DNA of 64,000 bases from Eledone cirrhosa (GCA_964016885.1 OZ024740.1:67828001-67892000), one strand, 5' to 3'. Counted from the first letter of the stretch, positions 26,661 to 40,669 are shown. Notes: generated from the letters alone by a model not told the origin. Translations and numbers: made by a program.

Positions 26661-26679
26661 GGGCGGCTAGTGAACTCTG
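26636..26679 (+). promoter_or_regulatory. Programmed -1 ribosomal frameshift signal (gag-pol)
   Basis: G_GGA_AAC slippery heptamer in gag phase, 6-nt spacer, then hairpin CAGAG..CACTAG-gggcgg-CTAGTG..CTCTG; the -1 frame is open into the protease N-terminus. Confidence 0.8.
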
Positions 26680-29600
26680 GGAAAACCGACCGAACCGCCA
26701 TCTTTTCGTATACGACCTGTGGTCAAACAAATTTTTCCTTGTCTGGCGCGTCGCCGAGTATTTGGCCAGTCAGTTATCTCCAAAAACCCTCAGCTGAATC
26801 AAATATAAATCTAGGAGCAGTCAACCACACGGCCATTCGAACGTACGGGCAAATTTCGCTTCCTCTTCGGTTAAAAAATGTGCGTCATGATTTGAAGTGG
26901 AAGTTTACTATCGCCGACTTGCCATACGCCATTTTGGGAGCGGATTTTCTCCACCATTTTTCCTTGTTGGTGGACATTCGCAGACAACGCCTTTTTGATG
27001 CTGAAACAGGCCTTTCTTTCGAGGGTTCAGAGCCGGACGTCGCCACTGTCAGTCCTTCCTTTTTCTTGGCTGAAGTGGGCAACCAGTATCAAAGCCTGTT
27101 ACATTCATTCCTTCAGTTGACGCAGGGAAAGTTACGAATTACTAGCCCGGATCATGCGATTGAACACTTCATATCCACTACAGGTCCACCTGTTTTCTCA
27201 CGTCCTCGAAGATTATCTACAGAGAAGTTGAAAGCTGCACGTCTTGAATTCGACCACATGCTGAAATTAGGAATAATTCGGTGTTCCACAAGTCCTTGGG
27301 CATCGCCTCTACATATGGTACTTAAATCTTCTGGTGATTGGAGACCGACGGGTGACTACCGACGCTTAAACGCGATTACTGTGCCTGACCGTTATCCAAT
27401 CCCGCATTTGCAGGATTTTGCATCGTCATTGCAGGGTTGCAGAATCTTTTCTAAGCTTGATTTGATCCGCGCTTATAATCAAATTCCGGTTAACAAGGAG
27501 GATATCCCAAAGACTGCTATTGCCACTCCTTTCGGATCATTCGAGTTCCTCACTATGCCTTTCGGCCTTAGCAATGCTGCAAGTACCTTCCAACGATTTA
27601 TGGATGATGTTACTCGGGGCCTGGATTTTGTGTACACGTATATCGATGACGTGTTGATTGCTAGTTCTTCCCCTCAGCAGCATTCAAAGCATCTGGATCT
27701 CGTATTTCGTCGTTTACAGAGATATAAGGTTCGTATTAATGCTTCCAAGTGTGTTTTCGGCTCGACTTCACTAACATTTTTAGGCCATCTGATTGACGCC
27801 GATGGTATTCGACCTCTTCCTGAGAAGGTTAAGGCAGTATCGGATTTGCCTCCGCCAAGTTCACTGCGACAATTACGTCAATTCTTAGGCCTTGTAAATT
27901 TTTATAGGTGATTCGTACTTGGTTGTTCCAAATTGCTGTTCTCGTTGACATAAATTTTTAAGGGTTGCCGGCGTAAGAATATGGACATTTCCTTAAATAA
28001 AACGCAGCTTGAAGATTTTAAAAAAGTGAAAAAGGCGTTAGCGAACGCGTCTTTGCTCACCCACCCAGTACCCAACGCCGAGCTATCGCTCTGTGTTGAT
28101 GCTTCGGATAGCGCCGTGGGCGCAGTCTTACAGAAGAAGTGTGATGGGGTACAGCAACCACTCGAGTTCTTTTCGAGGAAGTTAAAGCCTGGCGAAACTC
28201 GCTATAGCACCTTTGGAAGGGAGCTATTAGCAATTTATTTATCAGTGAAACGTTTTGCTCATGTACTTGAAGGAAGAATATTCACCATTTTCACTGATCA
28301 TAAACCTTTGACGTTTGCTCTTCGAACTAAAGCAGACAAATACTCGCCCAGAGAAATGAAACATCTGGACTTCCTCTCACAGTTCACGAACGACATTCAA
28401 CATATTCCGGGTTCTTTGAATACAGCGGCCGATGCGCTGTCTCTCCTGCCGATCGCATCGATTTCGTCTTCCGAGGAGATAGATTTACATCGAATGGCAG
28501 CTGCCCAACCCACTCTCGAATCGTTGGATGTTACATCGCCAGAGTTTGTACATTGCAACTTGAAATACATTCCGATCTCAACTGCTGACGGACAAATACT
28601 GTGTGATGTTTCGTTGGACTCACCACGACCTCTAGTCCCAGTGGAACATCGACGAACTGTGTTTCTTGCTTTACATGGCATTTCTCACCCAGGAGTATCA
28701 GCCTCAGTAAAACTCATAACAGCCAGATTTTTCTGGCCTGATATGAGACGTGACATTGCTGCTTGGTGTCGTTCCTGTGTCGCTTGCCAACAAGCGAAAG
28801 TTCATAGACATGTTAAGGCTCCTCTCGGAACCTTCACCTGCCCGGATGCAAGATTTCGTCACATTCATGTGGATATCGTCGGCCCGTGACCGGTTAGTCG
28901 TGGTTTTTCGTATTTTTTGACGATTGTTGACCGTTTGTCGCGTTGGCCTGAAGCCGTCCCTATAACAGATATCACCGCTGAAACCACAGCCCGTACTCTC
29001 GTATCTTCATGGATCGCTCGTTTTGGTGTACCAACCATCATAACAACGGATCGTGGTCGTCAATTTGAGTCTAACCTCTTCCGAGAATTAACCCAAATCC
29101 TGGGGGCTACTTGAATAAGAACCATGGCTTACCACCTAGCCTCAAACGGAATGGTGGAAAGATTCCACTGGAAACTCAAAGCCTCCTTAAGGGCTTCCAT
29201 GGACTCTTCACGTTGGAGCGAGTACCTACCTATTGTGTTGTTGGGTATTCGGTCGACGGTAAAGGTGGACCTTGGGTTCTCCTCTGCCGAATTAGTTTAT
29301 GGTACTCCTCTGGCGTTACCGGGGCAAATGCTGGCCCCTTTTGACCTGACTTCGCAGGACCCCGCTTCCTACGTGTCCCGGCTTCGCTCTTATTTCAAGG
29401 ATCTACCACCGATGGGCACTAGGAAGCAGACTGTAAAAACTGCCGTCCCAAGGGATATTGCCTTGAGGACACATGTGTTCGTTAGAGACGACGCCGTGAG
29501 ACCCCCTCTTCAACGGCCGTACTCTGGACCCTATCGTGTGCTTGCTCGCACAGACAAACATTTCACACTGGACATTCGGGGTTCCAAGGAAACGGTTTCC

Positions 29601-29783
29601 GTTAATCGTCTCAAACGAGCAAACCTGGACAATGACACAATGACACTTGAAACTCAAATGCCCCCTTCTTTTTCTTTGCCACATAGGCCTATTTCTTCCC
29701 CCCCCCCCCACCATCAACACACAGAACTACGACCCGTTCTGAGCGACGGGTGCATTGGCCCCGTAAGCTATGCAGTAATATAA
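26642..29783 (+). pseudogene. pol: Gypsy Pol (PR-RT-RNase H-IN) with stops and frameshifts
   Basis: [77 protein letters not shown]; in-frame stops at about 27911, 28889 and 29114. Confidence 0.93.
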
Positions 29784-30196
29784 ACTGAATTGTATTCTTT
29801 TTTTTCTTCCAATTGTTTTTGCTGTATATTGCATTTTGTTACTTTTTGATTCTTGACTGCCTACGGCAGTGTCAATATATTATATTTTTCGTAACATTAC
29901 GACTGTTGTCAATTCTGACACAGTCCATTTTTTTAGTGCATTTTTATAACTATGCTACATATGGCATTTTCATTGCCTAGCAAAAAAATGTTTTCTTGTT
30001 TATCGCATTTGGGGCCCCTTTATTGCGAAGAGTGTTATCTTTTCATGCATTTTGCATCTTTTACTGTACGTTTTTTTTTCTGTGTTAATGCTTGCAGACA
30101 TGAACCTATTTCTTTTTTTTTTCATAATTTGTTGATACATGCTTCTACATTTTGTAAACTACCTTCGCTTCATTGTTAACGATTTTTCGAGGTGAA

Positions 30197-30459
30197 TGTA
30201 GTGACTGAGATGGTCGCTTAGCAACTAGCAGTTGCCTCCCCTTAACAACTCTTCAGAGATCGGAGGCAATATACATCCGGTCCCAGACGCAGGTTCACTC
30301 ACTCTCTTTGGACTGCGGACATGAACAGACGTGAAAGGATTCGCTCCTCAAAATATTGACGTTGTAGGAAATTTATTAAATGATCGCATTTAATAAAATG
30401 ATCGTTAGATTTGATTGTTCATTTATTTATTCAACAAAGAGAAACATTATTTTCCTTTA
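30197..30459 (+). repeat. 3' LTR
   Basis: Copy of 25145-25407, followed by TSD TATG. Confidence 0.95.
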
Positions 30460-30547
30460 TATGCAACCAAACACACCCTAGTCTACTAAATTAATGGCTC
30501 AGTGGTAATATATATAATTATTATCAATTACATGTGGGGGATTACAA

Positions 30548-30740
30548 GCGGTGGATTGGCAGTATCGGAAGAGGGTCGGGCGCCATGCTTTGAAGCATAG
30601 AGTTACCTCCCTTTATGATCTGAGTTCAAATCCCGCCGAGGTTAACTTTGCCTTTCATCCTTACGGGGTCTATAAAATAAAGTACCAGTAATGCACTGGT
30701 GAATTGCTGGCCTTTTGCCAAAAGTAGATACAATTATTAT
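30548..30740 (+). mobile_element. SINE copy
   Basis: Full head, core and tail motifs. Confidence 0.85.
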
Positions 30741-31286
30741 CATTACATGTAATCTAGTCTCTCTTTAATCTTCGTTCTCGTTCCTAATACCTACACACAC
30801 ACACACACATATATATATGTAGGATTGTGTGTGTGTGTGAGAGTATGAATGTATGTATGTATGTTTAAACAGAATGTATATATATATATATATATATACG
30901 AAATTGGCGGTTCAGTCAAGGGTGAGGCTGACTGTTTACATAGAAACTTAGCAGAGTGTTGTGTTTAGACATAACTACTTTTGCATATGTAAAGTTAATG
31001 GTTTAGAATTAAGGTACCACCATTTTTTTTTATTTCTCTTTGTATATGATTGCCAATAAACAAACAAACAAACAAAAAAAACCCATTAATATAAAATATC
31101 AAAAAAATAAAATAAGTAAAACAAAAAAGCCATTTTCCGTCGCCTAGTGAAGTATATATACATTCACATCTTGCTACATAGAGCATCCATCATTTAGTAC
31201 CCACTGATATTTTGGTAAAATTAACAGATGTGTTGGTAAATAGAAGTGCGAGATTTATTGGTAAGGTTTACACACACACACATACA

Positions 31287-31368
<82 letters not shown>

Positions 31369-31763
31369 TTGCTTTTCATTAACAAATGGGATTAATCATA
31401 GGAATTACAGGCAGTGACCGTACTGATATTAATAGAAGTGTTTCGTACTCACTCATTACAAGTAAAAAGGAAATAAAACAAATTAGCTTAGGTTTCGTTA
31501 CATATCTTGGTAGCCTAAACACCTGGTTAGATTCAACGTGAAGAAAATTTCTTAAATGACATACAATTAATATGCTGCTGTGTTTTATACTGAAATGCCT
31601 CGGGAGCAAGGGAGGGTGTATCTTGGTCTTGAGATGAGTGTATATGTCTTTTTCAACGTAAGGAATCCTTGACGCGGAGTCTGAGACATCTGCTGACATC
31701 TGCTAACTGAGGAAGTTAAAGCTGGTGGACTCTCATACTTCGATACCGTGGATCAAGTCCATC

Positions 31764-32217
<454 letters not shown>

Positions 32218-33443
32218 GTGAATATGAAAACAAGACGTTCTGCGTGGTTGCATATGGGTTACAAATGAATAAAGTTAGTCCTTCATCAGTGATCTTCCAA
32301 ACTTCATTGATATTTCATCGCTTTAAAGACCATATACCTCCGGTAGGTGCGAGCAACAGCTAAAGAAGGTCGTTGGGACACGTAAATAAGGGGTACGAGC
32401 GAGACTGTAAACAATCAAAGATGGTAATGCAACGAAAAGTGAGGAAGAAGGAGTCAAGTCCCAGAATTCTATGAATATAAGTTCTGTGAAATCGTGGATG
32501 AGAGAGAATAAAGACCATCAAACCAAGTCGAAATATTAGCAAGGAAATAATTTCGCACAGGTCAAAGAAGTAAGAAAGAGTCTAGTCCCTGAATTCGGTG
32601 AACATAGGTTCTGTGAAATCGTAGACAAGAGAGAAAAAAAGGAACAACCAACCTGGTCAATGTGCTCGAGGAAAGAATTGCGCACAGGTCAAACGGGAGG
32701 AAGTAGGAGAGGGAGTAGCAGAGAGTGAGTGAGTGAAGTGTGAGGAAGTGGCTAACAGAGAGAGTGATTGTTAGAGAGGGTAAAGGGAGGTGAAAAATAC
32801 AGAGAAAGAGGAAGCAGTAAGAATGAAATAGACGGGTCACAGCGGAGGAAATATATTTGTGAATATGAAAACAAGTCGTGCTGCGTGGTTGCAAATGAGT
32901 TACATATGAATAAAGTTAGTCCTTCATCAGTGATCTTCCAACCTTCATTGGCATTTCGTCGCTTTAAAGACCATATACCTCCGGTTGGTGCGAGCAACGG
33001 CTAAAGAAAGTTGTTGGGGCACGTAAATAAGGGGAACGAGCGAGACTGTAAACAATCAAAGATGGTAATGCAACAAAAAGTGAGGAAGAAGGAGTCAAGT
33101 CCCAGAATTCTATAAATATAAGTTCTGTGAAATCGTGAACGAGAGAGAATAAAGACCATCAAACCTAGTTGAAATGTGAGTAAGGAAAGAATTTCGCACA
33201 GGTCAAACGGGGGTAAGAAGGAATCTAGTCCCTGAATTCGGTGAACATAAGTTCTGTGAAATCGTAGACAAGAGAGACAAAAAGGAACAACCAACCTGGT
33301 CAAGAGTGCGCGAGGAAAGAATTTCGCACAGGTCAAACGGGAGGAAGTAGGAGAGGGAGTAGCAGAGAGTGAGTGAGTGAAGGTTGAGGAAGAGGCTAAC
33401 AGAGAGTGACTGTTAGAGAGGGTAAAGGGAGGTGAAAGATACA
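32218..33443. repeat. About 641-bp tandem duplication (about 1.9 units) with internal about 120-bp subrepeats
   Basis: gtgaatatgaaaacaag at 32218 and 32859; recurring ttctgtgaaatcgt and cgcacaggtcaaa. Confidence 0.8.
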
Positions 33444-33593
33444 GTACATTACTGGTACTTTATTTTATCGACCCCGTAAGGATGAAAGGCAAAGTTAACT
33501 TCGGCGGAATTTGAACTCAGACCATAAAGGGCCGTAACTCTTTGCTGCAAAGCATGGCGTCCGTCCCTCTACCGATACTGCCAATCCACCGCC
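33443..33593 (-). mobile_element. SINE copy
   Basis: Reverse complement of the family head and core. Confidence 0.85.
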
Positions 33594-33744
33594 CAATTAG
33601 TATTAATAATGGAACCTATAAGACCCTTTAACGAAAAAATCAGGACGCATCTGCTAATGTTAAACTCCTCCTTATGCCCTACTATTTAAACTATACCACC
33701 AATTCTCTATTGTCAAAACATTCCATGTATACTCTTTCTCCTAA

Positions 33745-33833
<89 letters not shown>

Positions 33834-33869
33834 GAAAAGTGTAATTTTCTACACAAAACGAAGGTTATA

Positions 33870-34390
33870 GAGAGAATTGAGGTTGGTAATGGCACATGGA
33901 ATATATAAGAGACAGAATACTTTTTTGTGAAAAAACATATAATTTTATAAGGTAAGGAAATAATAAAGGGTATAAAAAATGACCGGTTTCGATGGGTCTG
34001 CAAAAGCCATCTTTTCAAATGTTGATTAATATTAAGAAAAATTAATAATACGAAGAGTTAAAATTTGAGATTTGAAAATTCAAGTATAAAATTCATTGTG
34101 GGATTTCATAGTAGTTTTCATCTAGGTAGCAACAACAGGTTGACTGCTGTATCCCTTTCTGGTAGTGAATGAGAAGTTATTTGGGGTGTGGGTTATTTTA
34201 TAAAGGTCAGATTTAGCAATGGCCAACTGGCCAGCTGCTGGTCAGTGAGGGGGTGGAAGCAATATACATACACATATCTTCAGTGGTGGGTAGGAGAGTG
34301 GAGCGTGATAGAAAGGGATTTAGTGCACTTACACCTATATATACACACATACCTTCATCCACACATACATACATATACATATACATACAC

Positions 34391-34433
<43 letters not shown>

Positions 34434-34500
34434 CACACATACATACACACACACATACATATACATACACACATACACACACACACACCTATATACACAT

Positions 34501-34545
<45 letters not shown>

Positions 34546-35627
34546 TATATATACATACACATACATCCAGATACACACATACATACACACACACACACCC
34601 ACACATATATATATACACACACATATATATATATATACACATACGCATACATCCAGATACACACATACATACACACACACAATACATACATCCACATGCA
34701 CACACATACACACACACACATATACACATACATACACCCACACACAGAGAAATGGCCTCCAAATATATATATATATACATACATACACATATATTTTTTC
34801 CATAATATAAGAAGTTGGGACAGTGAAATTAAAATACAAGTCATTCTGATCACATTGAGTTCTTCATGTAGATTGGGCCCCGCAACCGACAGTGGTGAAT
34901 TCTGTGTGCGCATATATATATAGATATATGTGTGTGCACGTGCAGGGTTTAACATGGATGTGTTGGTCACACAAAGGCATGGTCTGTCAACGAATAAACC
35001 TGATTCTACAGAATTGGTCTCTGGTCTTTAATAGTAGTGATTCCGTGCGTATGTGTGTTTATATTTTATGACAATTCTATTGGGGTGATAAACCGTTTAG
35101 TTTTGGTTTAAATTTGTTAAGGAATAGATTTTCTTTGTTTATTCTTTGTTGCTGTGTGAACGAATCTGAGCACTTGTAGAAGGGGAAGATTTTAAAGTTG
35201 GGTAGTGTCATTCCTGCGCAGTTCGCAGTATGGCTGCTCAAGGGGATTTTTCTTGTGTTAGCGTCCCGGATTTGTTGGCGGAAATCTGACCTTTATAAAA
35301 TAACCCACACCCCAAATAACTTCTCATTCACTACCAGAAAGGGACACAGCAGTCAACCTGTTGTTGCTACCTAGATGAAAACTAATATGAAATCCCACAA
35401 TGAATTTTATACTTGAATTTTCAAATCTCAAATTATAACTCTTCGTATTATTAATTTTTCTTAATATTAATCAACATTTGAAAAGATGGCTTTTGCAGAC
35501 CCATCGAAACCGGTCATTTTTTATACCCTTTATTATTTCCTTACCTTATAAAATTATATGTTTTTTCACAAAAAAGTATTCTGTCTCTTATATATTCCAT
35601 GTGCCATTACCAACCTCAATTTTCTCT
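33870..35627 (-). mobile_element. 5'-truncated Penelope-like element with inverted pseudo-LTR copy
   Basis: Arms about 33870-34214 and 35282-35627 are inverted; GIY-YIG C-terminal remnant lies between them; arms carry a degenerate hammerhead (gatgg..ccatc GAAACCGGTC). Confidence 0.78.
35077..35280 (-). pseudogene. C-terminus of Penelope GIY-YIG endonuclease
   Basis: My translation: RQQIRDANTRKIPLSSHTANCAGMTLPNFKIFPFYKCSDSFTQQQRINKENLFLNKFKPKLNGLSPQ*; not in the ORF track. Confidence 0.72.
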
Positions 35628-35669
35628 CTCTCTATATATATATATTTATATATATATATATATATATAT

Positions 35670-35960
35670 AACCAAAGATTAATATGGTTCGTTGATTACT
35701 AAATTAATACAATTTTACAATAGATTAAAAGCACTCAACAGTGAAAAAAAGTGGTTACCCTGGAGTTTTTAATATTATTCAAAATATTAACATATGAAAG
35801 ATATTCACATAATCAAAATATATGCTTTATTATATATATTTCAAAGGTACTGTGTTGTTTTTTCAGTACGACTTCATCAGATAAAATATATGATTTGATA
35901 TATGACATACCACTACGGTATTGATTTTACAATTCCAGTATTGGCAGTGATTTATTTCAT
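35670..35960 (-). repeat. Hammerhead-bearing pLTR-like repeat, same family as 37890-39900
   Basis: Minus strand near 35826-35886: tttat CTGATGA agtcgtactg...cagtacctt tGAAA tatata TA ataaa. Confidence 0.65.
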
Positions 35961-36150
35961 CAAATCTCAATGTTTATATACCACGAATAATATAATAAAC
36001 TCAAAGAAGAAAAGGACGTAGAGCAAATTAGAGATATGAGAAAGGGTCTAAATAAGAGGAAAGGCAAGAAAAAAAAAATATATATATATATATCATGAAA
36101 ATAGTGAGGACCCCGACGGCCGACCGTTTTGACAGCTAGATCCGAACTTT

Positions 36151-36297
<147 letters not shown>

Positions 36298-37133
36298 AGG
36301 GGCAGAATGTTCAGCAAATCCGTAGAGAACTTTTGAGTGTGCCAAACTCAGCACTCGCTGCAGAGCAGAGTGTATACAAGATGTGGAGGTGTCACATAAT
36401 AAATTTATTGTTCAATCCTGGTTACAATTGTTTCACAATCATCATAATCCGGGTTAATGTTCCAGATCAGATTCCAAATCCCCTGATCCTTAGACCAGTG
36501 TTATCACAAAAACAACATGAGATCTGTGGTCAAACCAGCCAAACACAAACATATATAGGGAGGGGGATAATAATAGAGTCATGTAGTAGATATAGAGAGG
36601 AGAGTTTGGTGGTGATTGATATATAGATCATCCAATCACAGGCCCCCGCAATAATTATATTTTCCTCCCCAAACTACCCAATACACACATTATTTGTATA
36701 TGCACTACAATTTATGTACAAGTTATGTTGATCGTATATCGAAGTTTTTTTTTATATCTTGATATTTAATAACTTATGTTAAACATCATAGTTAATTTAT
36801 TTGTTATGTCATAACATATTTTCCACATATCACTATTCACCAATTGCTAGTAAGTGCATTCAGAGACAAATTGCATAGGTCATTTTGCAATAATCACTTT
36901 ATAATTATTGAAACCTGTAAATGTGAATGTAATATGATCTGCTTGGCCTCAAATTGAACTTTCTGAGTTTTTTAGAGTGCAAAAAGCTAAACTAATCACT
37001 ACGACTAAATTGTACAAATTCCACCACCCCCAACACACACATACATAAATGCTTCCACCGCCACTGTATATATATATTAAGGATCAAAGCAGTGATTCAT
37101 TGCTTAAACTTTAATCTGTTATTTTAATAATAA

Positions 37134-37170
<37 letters not shown>

Positions 37171-37944
37171 TTTAGGTTTGTTGGTTCACCACTGGATAGA
37201 ACCGGGGGTCCACCACATCGCTAGTTATTGACCGCTAAGCATGGGCTTAATCTTTACTCTATTTTCTACCCTGAAACTGTATCGTGACTATCTATAATAC
37301 ATTTAAACTTTTTCATAAAAGCCTCCCTCTCTAAATTCTTTAACTAAATCTCACAACTTTAAACCTAAATCTTATTTTTCTAATTTCATCTTAAATGGCA
37401 TCTTCTAACTCTAAACATAAATTTAACGTTTCTTATTGTTAATCGTATTTTCTGTTCATACATCATACCATGCAGACGCCCACGATATATTACTATATGT
37501 AGCTTTGTTAAAGATATATGTTTTTGAAAAAATATTTTTCGAGGCACATTCTAGCACTCATGACCAGCTTGATTGTAACCTGATTTCAACGCTGGGGTGG
37601 TAGTAGTAGACTATAAGCCCACGCCGCTTCACCATATGGACATAAGCAGGCTTAATAATCACCACTTGAGGGCGGCCAACCGGGGTAGAAGCTGCTAAAT
37701 GTTCGGTGGCCCTCATGTCTCTGATTTTCAGCCCCATGGATTTTGTCTATTATATTCCTTTCTTATATTTAGAATACCTGATGATGTCACCGGATTCATA
37801 CTGAACATTAAAATGATGATAGTATAATAAACCTTTTAAGGAATTACACCAGTCCAGCCTCCTGTTATTTTATAATATATATATATATATATATTCAGAA
37901 TAATAATAAATGAAGACATTCCCATAATCAAAATATATGTTTTA

Positions 37945-39402
37945 CTAACCGTGGTACCCGGCGTTCACGGGATAAAGTATTTTGGAACGCAGGCCTCCAA
38001 CAGACCTAATCGTGGAAAAACTGCATGCCTGGACAACATGTAAAGATAATAAACCAAATATTCTGATGGCTGGATAATATTTAAGATTTTCCTCGATGAA
38101 GCAGGAAAAATGCAGGTTTTCACCTAATGCGAGCTCTAGGGGATCAAGAAAATGAATTTATTTTATGTGCATAACATGCTTCGAAATTTCTGGGAAACGG
38201 CTAGACGTAACGCCTCCAAAAAGCCCTAAAAAGCTGAAAAAATGAAGTTTTTCACCTAATGCCTAGGCCATAAAAAAGTTGGATTTTCTTGGCTCATGGT
38301 ATGAAGAAGAGATTGACTAATACATAGTTACAATTTCAATGAAATTTGTCTGACGTAACGCCTAAAACAAAAAGGCTTAAAAAAACGCAGTTTTTCACCT
38401 AATGTGGACCCTAGGAGACAAAAGGTTGAATTCCTTTATGTGCTTATCACTCCCTGAAACATAAGTAATACACATGTAAAGTTTGAAAAAAATCGGTTGG
38501 GTACTCCTCGAGTTTTAGGGAATCAAACTCACAGACACACACACACAGACAGGGAAGTGACGTAATGCAGACAGTCAGGCATACAGACAGATATTATAAG
38601 GGCGCGATGTTATATGTATGTATCTATCTAAAAAGAGAGAGACTAAGAATTATAGAGAAAGATCGCTAAATCGCCTAATGCGGTCCCTAGGGCATTGAAA
38701 ATTTGAAATTATTTTTGCTCAGAATACTCCCAGAAACTTAAGAATTACCTGCGTAAAGTTTGAAAACAGTCGGTTCGGTGGTTCTCGAGTTTTAGTGATT
38801 CAAACTCACACACACACATACAGACATCCTCAGTTTTATATATATAGACTAGCAGAATCCACACGTGGTGCGGTTTTCTGCTAGTCTATATATCTAAAAC
38901 AGAGAATGTCTGTCTGTCTGTCAGCTCACTAAAACTTGAGAACCATCCAACCGATTGTTTTCAAACTTTAGACATGTAATACTTATGGTCTTGTGAGTGT
39001 TTTGTGCAAACATTATTTCAAATTTTTAATGCCCTAGGGACCGCATTAGGCGATTTAGCGTTCTCTCTATATAATTCTTAGTCTTTCTTTTTAGATAGAT
39101 ACATAGATATAATGTTGCGCCCTTATAATATCTGTCTGTATGTCTGGCTGTCTGCATTACGTCATTATGACGCGCTCAGCGCGATTCCCTCGGCCTTAGT
39201 GACCAAAGTCAGTAGAGAGGGGTAGGTAAGGTTTCTGTAGCACGTGTTTTAGCGTCTATTCACTATCTCTCTCTCCCTCTCTCCCTCCCGCTATCCCCCT
39301 CTTGTAGTCTGTCTCTTTCTTTCACTCTCACTCTCTCTCTACGCACGTGTTTCCACTGTCAGACAGACAGACAGAGAAATTGCTGGTTATATATATAAGT
39401 AG
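37945..39402. mobile_element. Helitron/DINE-1-like non-autonomous composite inserted in a pLTR-like repeat
   Basis: Starts ACTAACCGTGGTACCCGGCGTTCACGGG and ends (CAGA)n...TTATATATATAAGTAGAT; host repeat resumes at about 39403; internal inverted arms about 38568-38850 and 38885-39164. Confidence 0.6.
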
Positions 39403-39497
39403 ATTATATACATTTCGAAGGTACTGTGCTGTTTTTTCAGTACGTCCTCGTCAGATAAAATACATGAATTGAGGTATTTCATACATCAATTCATGTA

Positions 39498-39559
39498 TTT
39501 TATCTGACGAGGACGTATTGAAAAAACAGCACAGTACCTTCGAAATATATATAATAAAA
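39498..39559 (+). ncRNA. Type I hammerhead ribozyme motif (inverted copy at about 39403-39460)
   Basis: ttttat CTGACGA ggacgtattg-aaaaaacagca-cagtaccttc GAAA tatata TA^ ataaaa. Confidence 0.68.
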
Positions 39560-39606
39560 CATATATTTTGATTATGCGAATGTCTTCATTTCTTATTATT
39601 CTGAAT

Positions 39607-39796
39607 AATAATTGTTTCTACTTTTGGCACAAGGCCAGCAATTATCCAGTACATTACTGGTACTTTATTTTATCGACCCCGTAAGGATGAAAGGCAAAGT
39701 TAACCTTGGCAGGATTTGAACTCAGACCATAAAGGGCTGTAACTCTTTGCTGCAAAGCATGGCGTCCGACCCTCTACCGATACTGCCAATTCACCA
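39607..39796 (-). mobile_element. SINE copy inserted in the pLTR-like repeat
   Basis: Reverse complement of the family consensus. Confidence 0.85.
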
Positions 39797-40510
39797 TAAT
39801 AACTCCAGACAACCTACTGTAGAGTGCTTTTTAATCTATTGTAAAACTATATTCATTGAGTAATCAATACACCATATTAATATTTGGTTATATATCTATA
39901 TATATAATATTGAATATGTGTTGGTTGTTTACCTACAATTCAGTATGCAAAAATAACATGGGATCTGTGGACAAACCAGCCAAAAACAAACATATATAGG
40001 GAGGGGGATAATAATAGTATCGTGTAATAGATATAGAGAGGCGAATTTGGTGGTGACTAATATACAGAGGGGGATTGGGAGAGACAAATATAGATAGATA
40101 TAGTGAGGGGGAGAGTTTACTGGTGGTAGTGGATATAGAGAGTAGGATTATGAGAGATGTTGTATGATAAGACATAGAGAGGGAGATAGAGTGGTGTTCA
40201 GGTATATCGAGAGAGTAATAATGAGAGTGTGTTATTGGTATAGAGAGGGGGATTGGGAGAGAATGTTCTATGGTAGATATAGAGAGAGGGAGAGTTCCGG
40301 TGGTAATTCATATATAGAGGGGCGTTGGGAGAATGTGTTGTATAATAAATATAGTGGGGGGAGGGAGATTGATGCCTATTGATATAGGGAGGGTGATTGG
40401 AATAGAATTCCGTGTAGTAGATATAGAGAGGGTGAGAGACTAGTGTTAATTGATATAGAGGGTGTGTTGTATGGTTGATATAGAGAGTGGGAGACATTAG
40501 TGGTAATGAA

Positions 40511-40578
<68 letters not shown>

Positions 40579-40669
40579 TATATATATATAGAGAGAGAGA
40601 GCATTGATGGTGGTCCCCGAAGGATGACTGTAGCCGCACACGACGCGTTCACCCATAAGACGGGCGAAC

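Larger units (their letters stand above)
25145..30459 (+). mobile_element. Full-length Ty3/Gypsy LTR retrotransposon (pol decayed)
   Basis: Direct 263-bp LTRs, 4-bp TSD TATG (25141-25144 and 30460-30463), PBS, and gag then PR-RT-RH-IN order. Confidence 0.96.

Noticed and set aside
26658-26672. Stop-codon readthrough between gag and pol
   Set aside because: The in-frame appearance is explained by a deletion in the protease; a -1 slippery site with an open -1 frame fits better.
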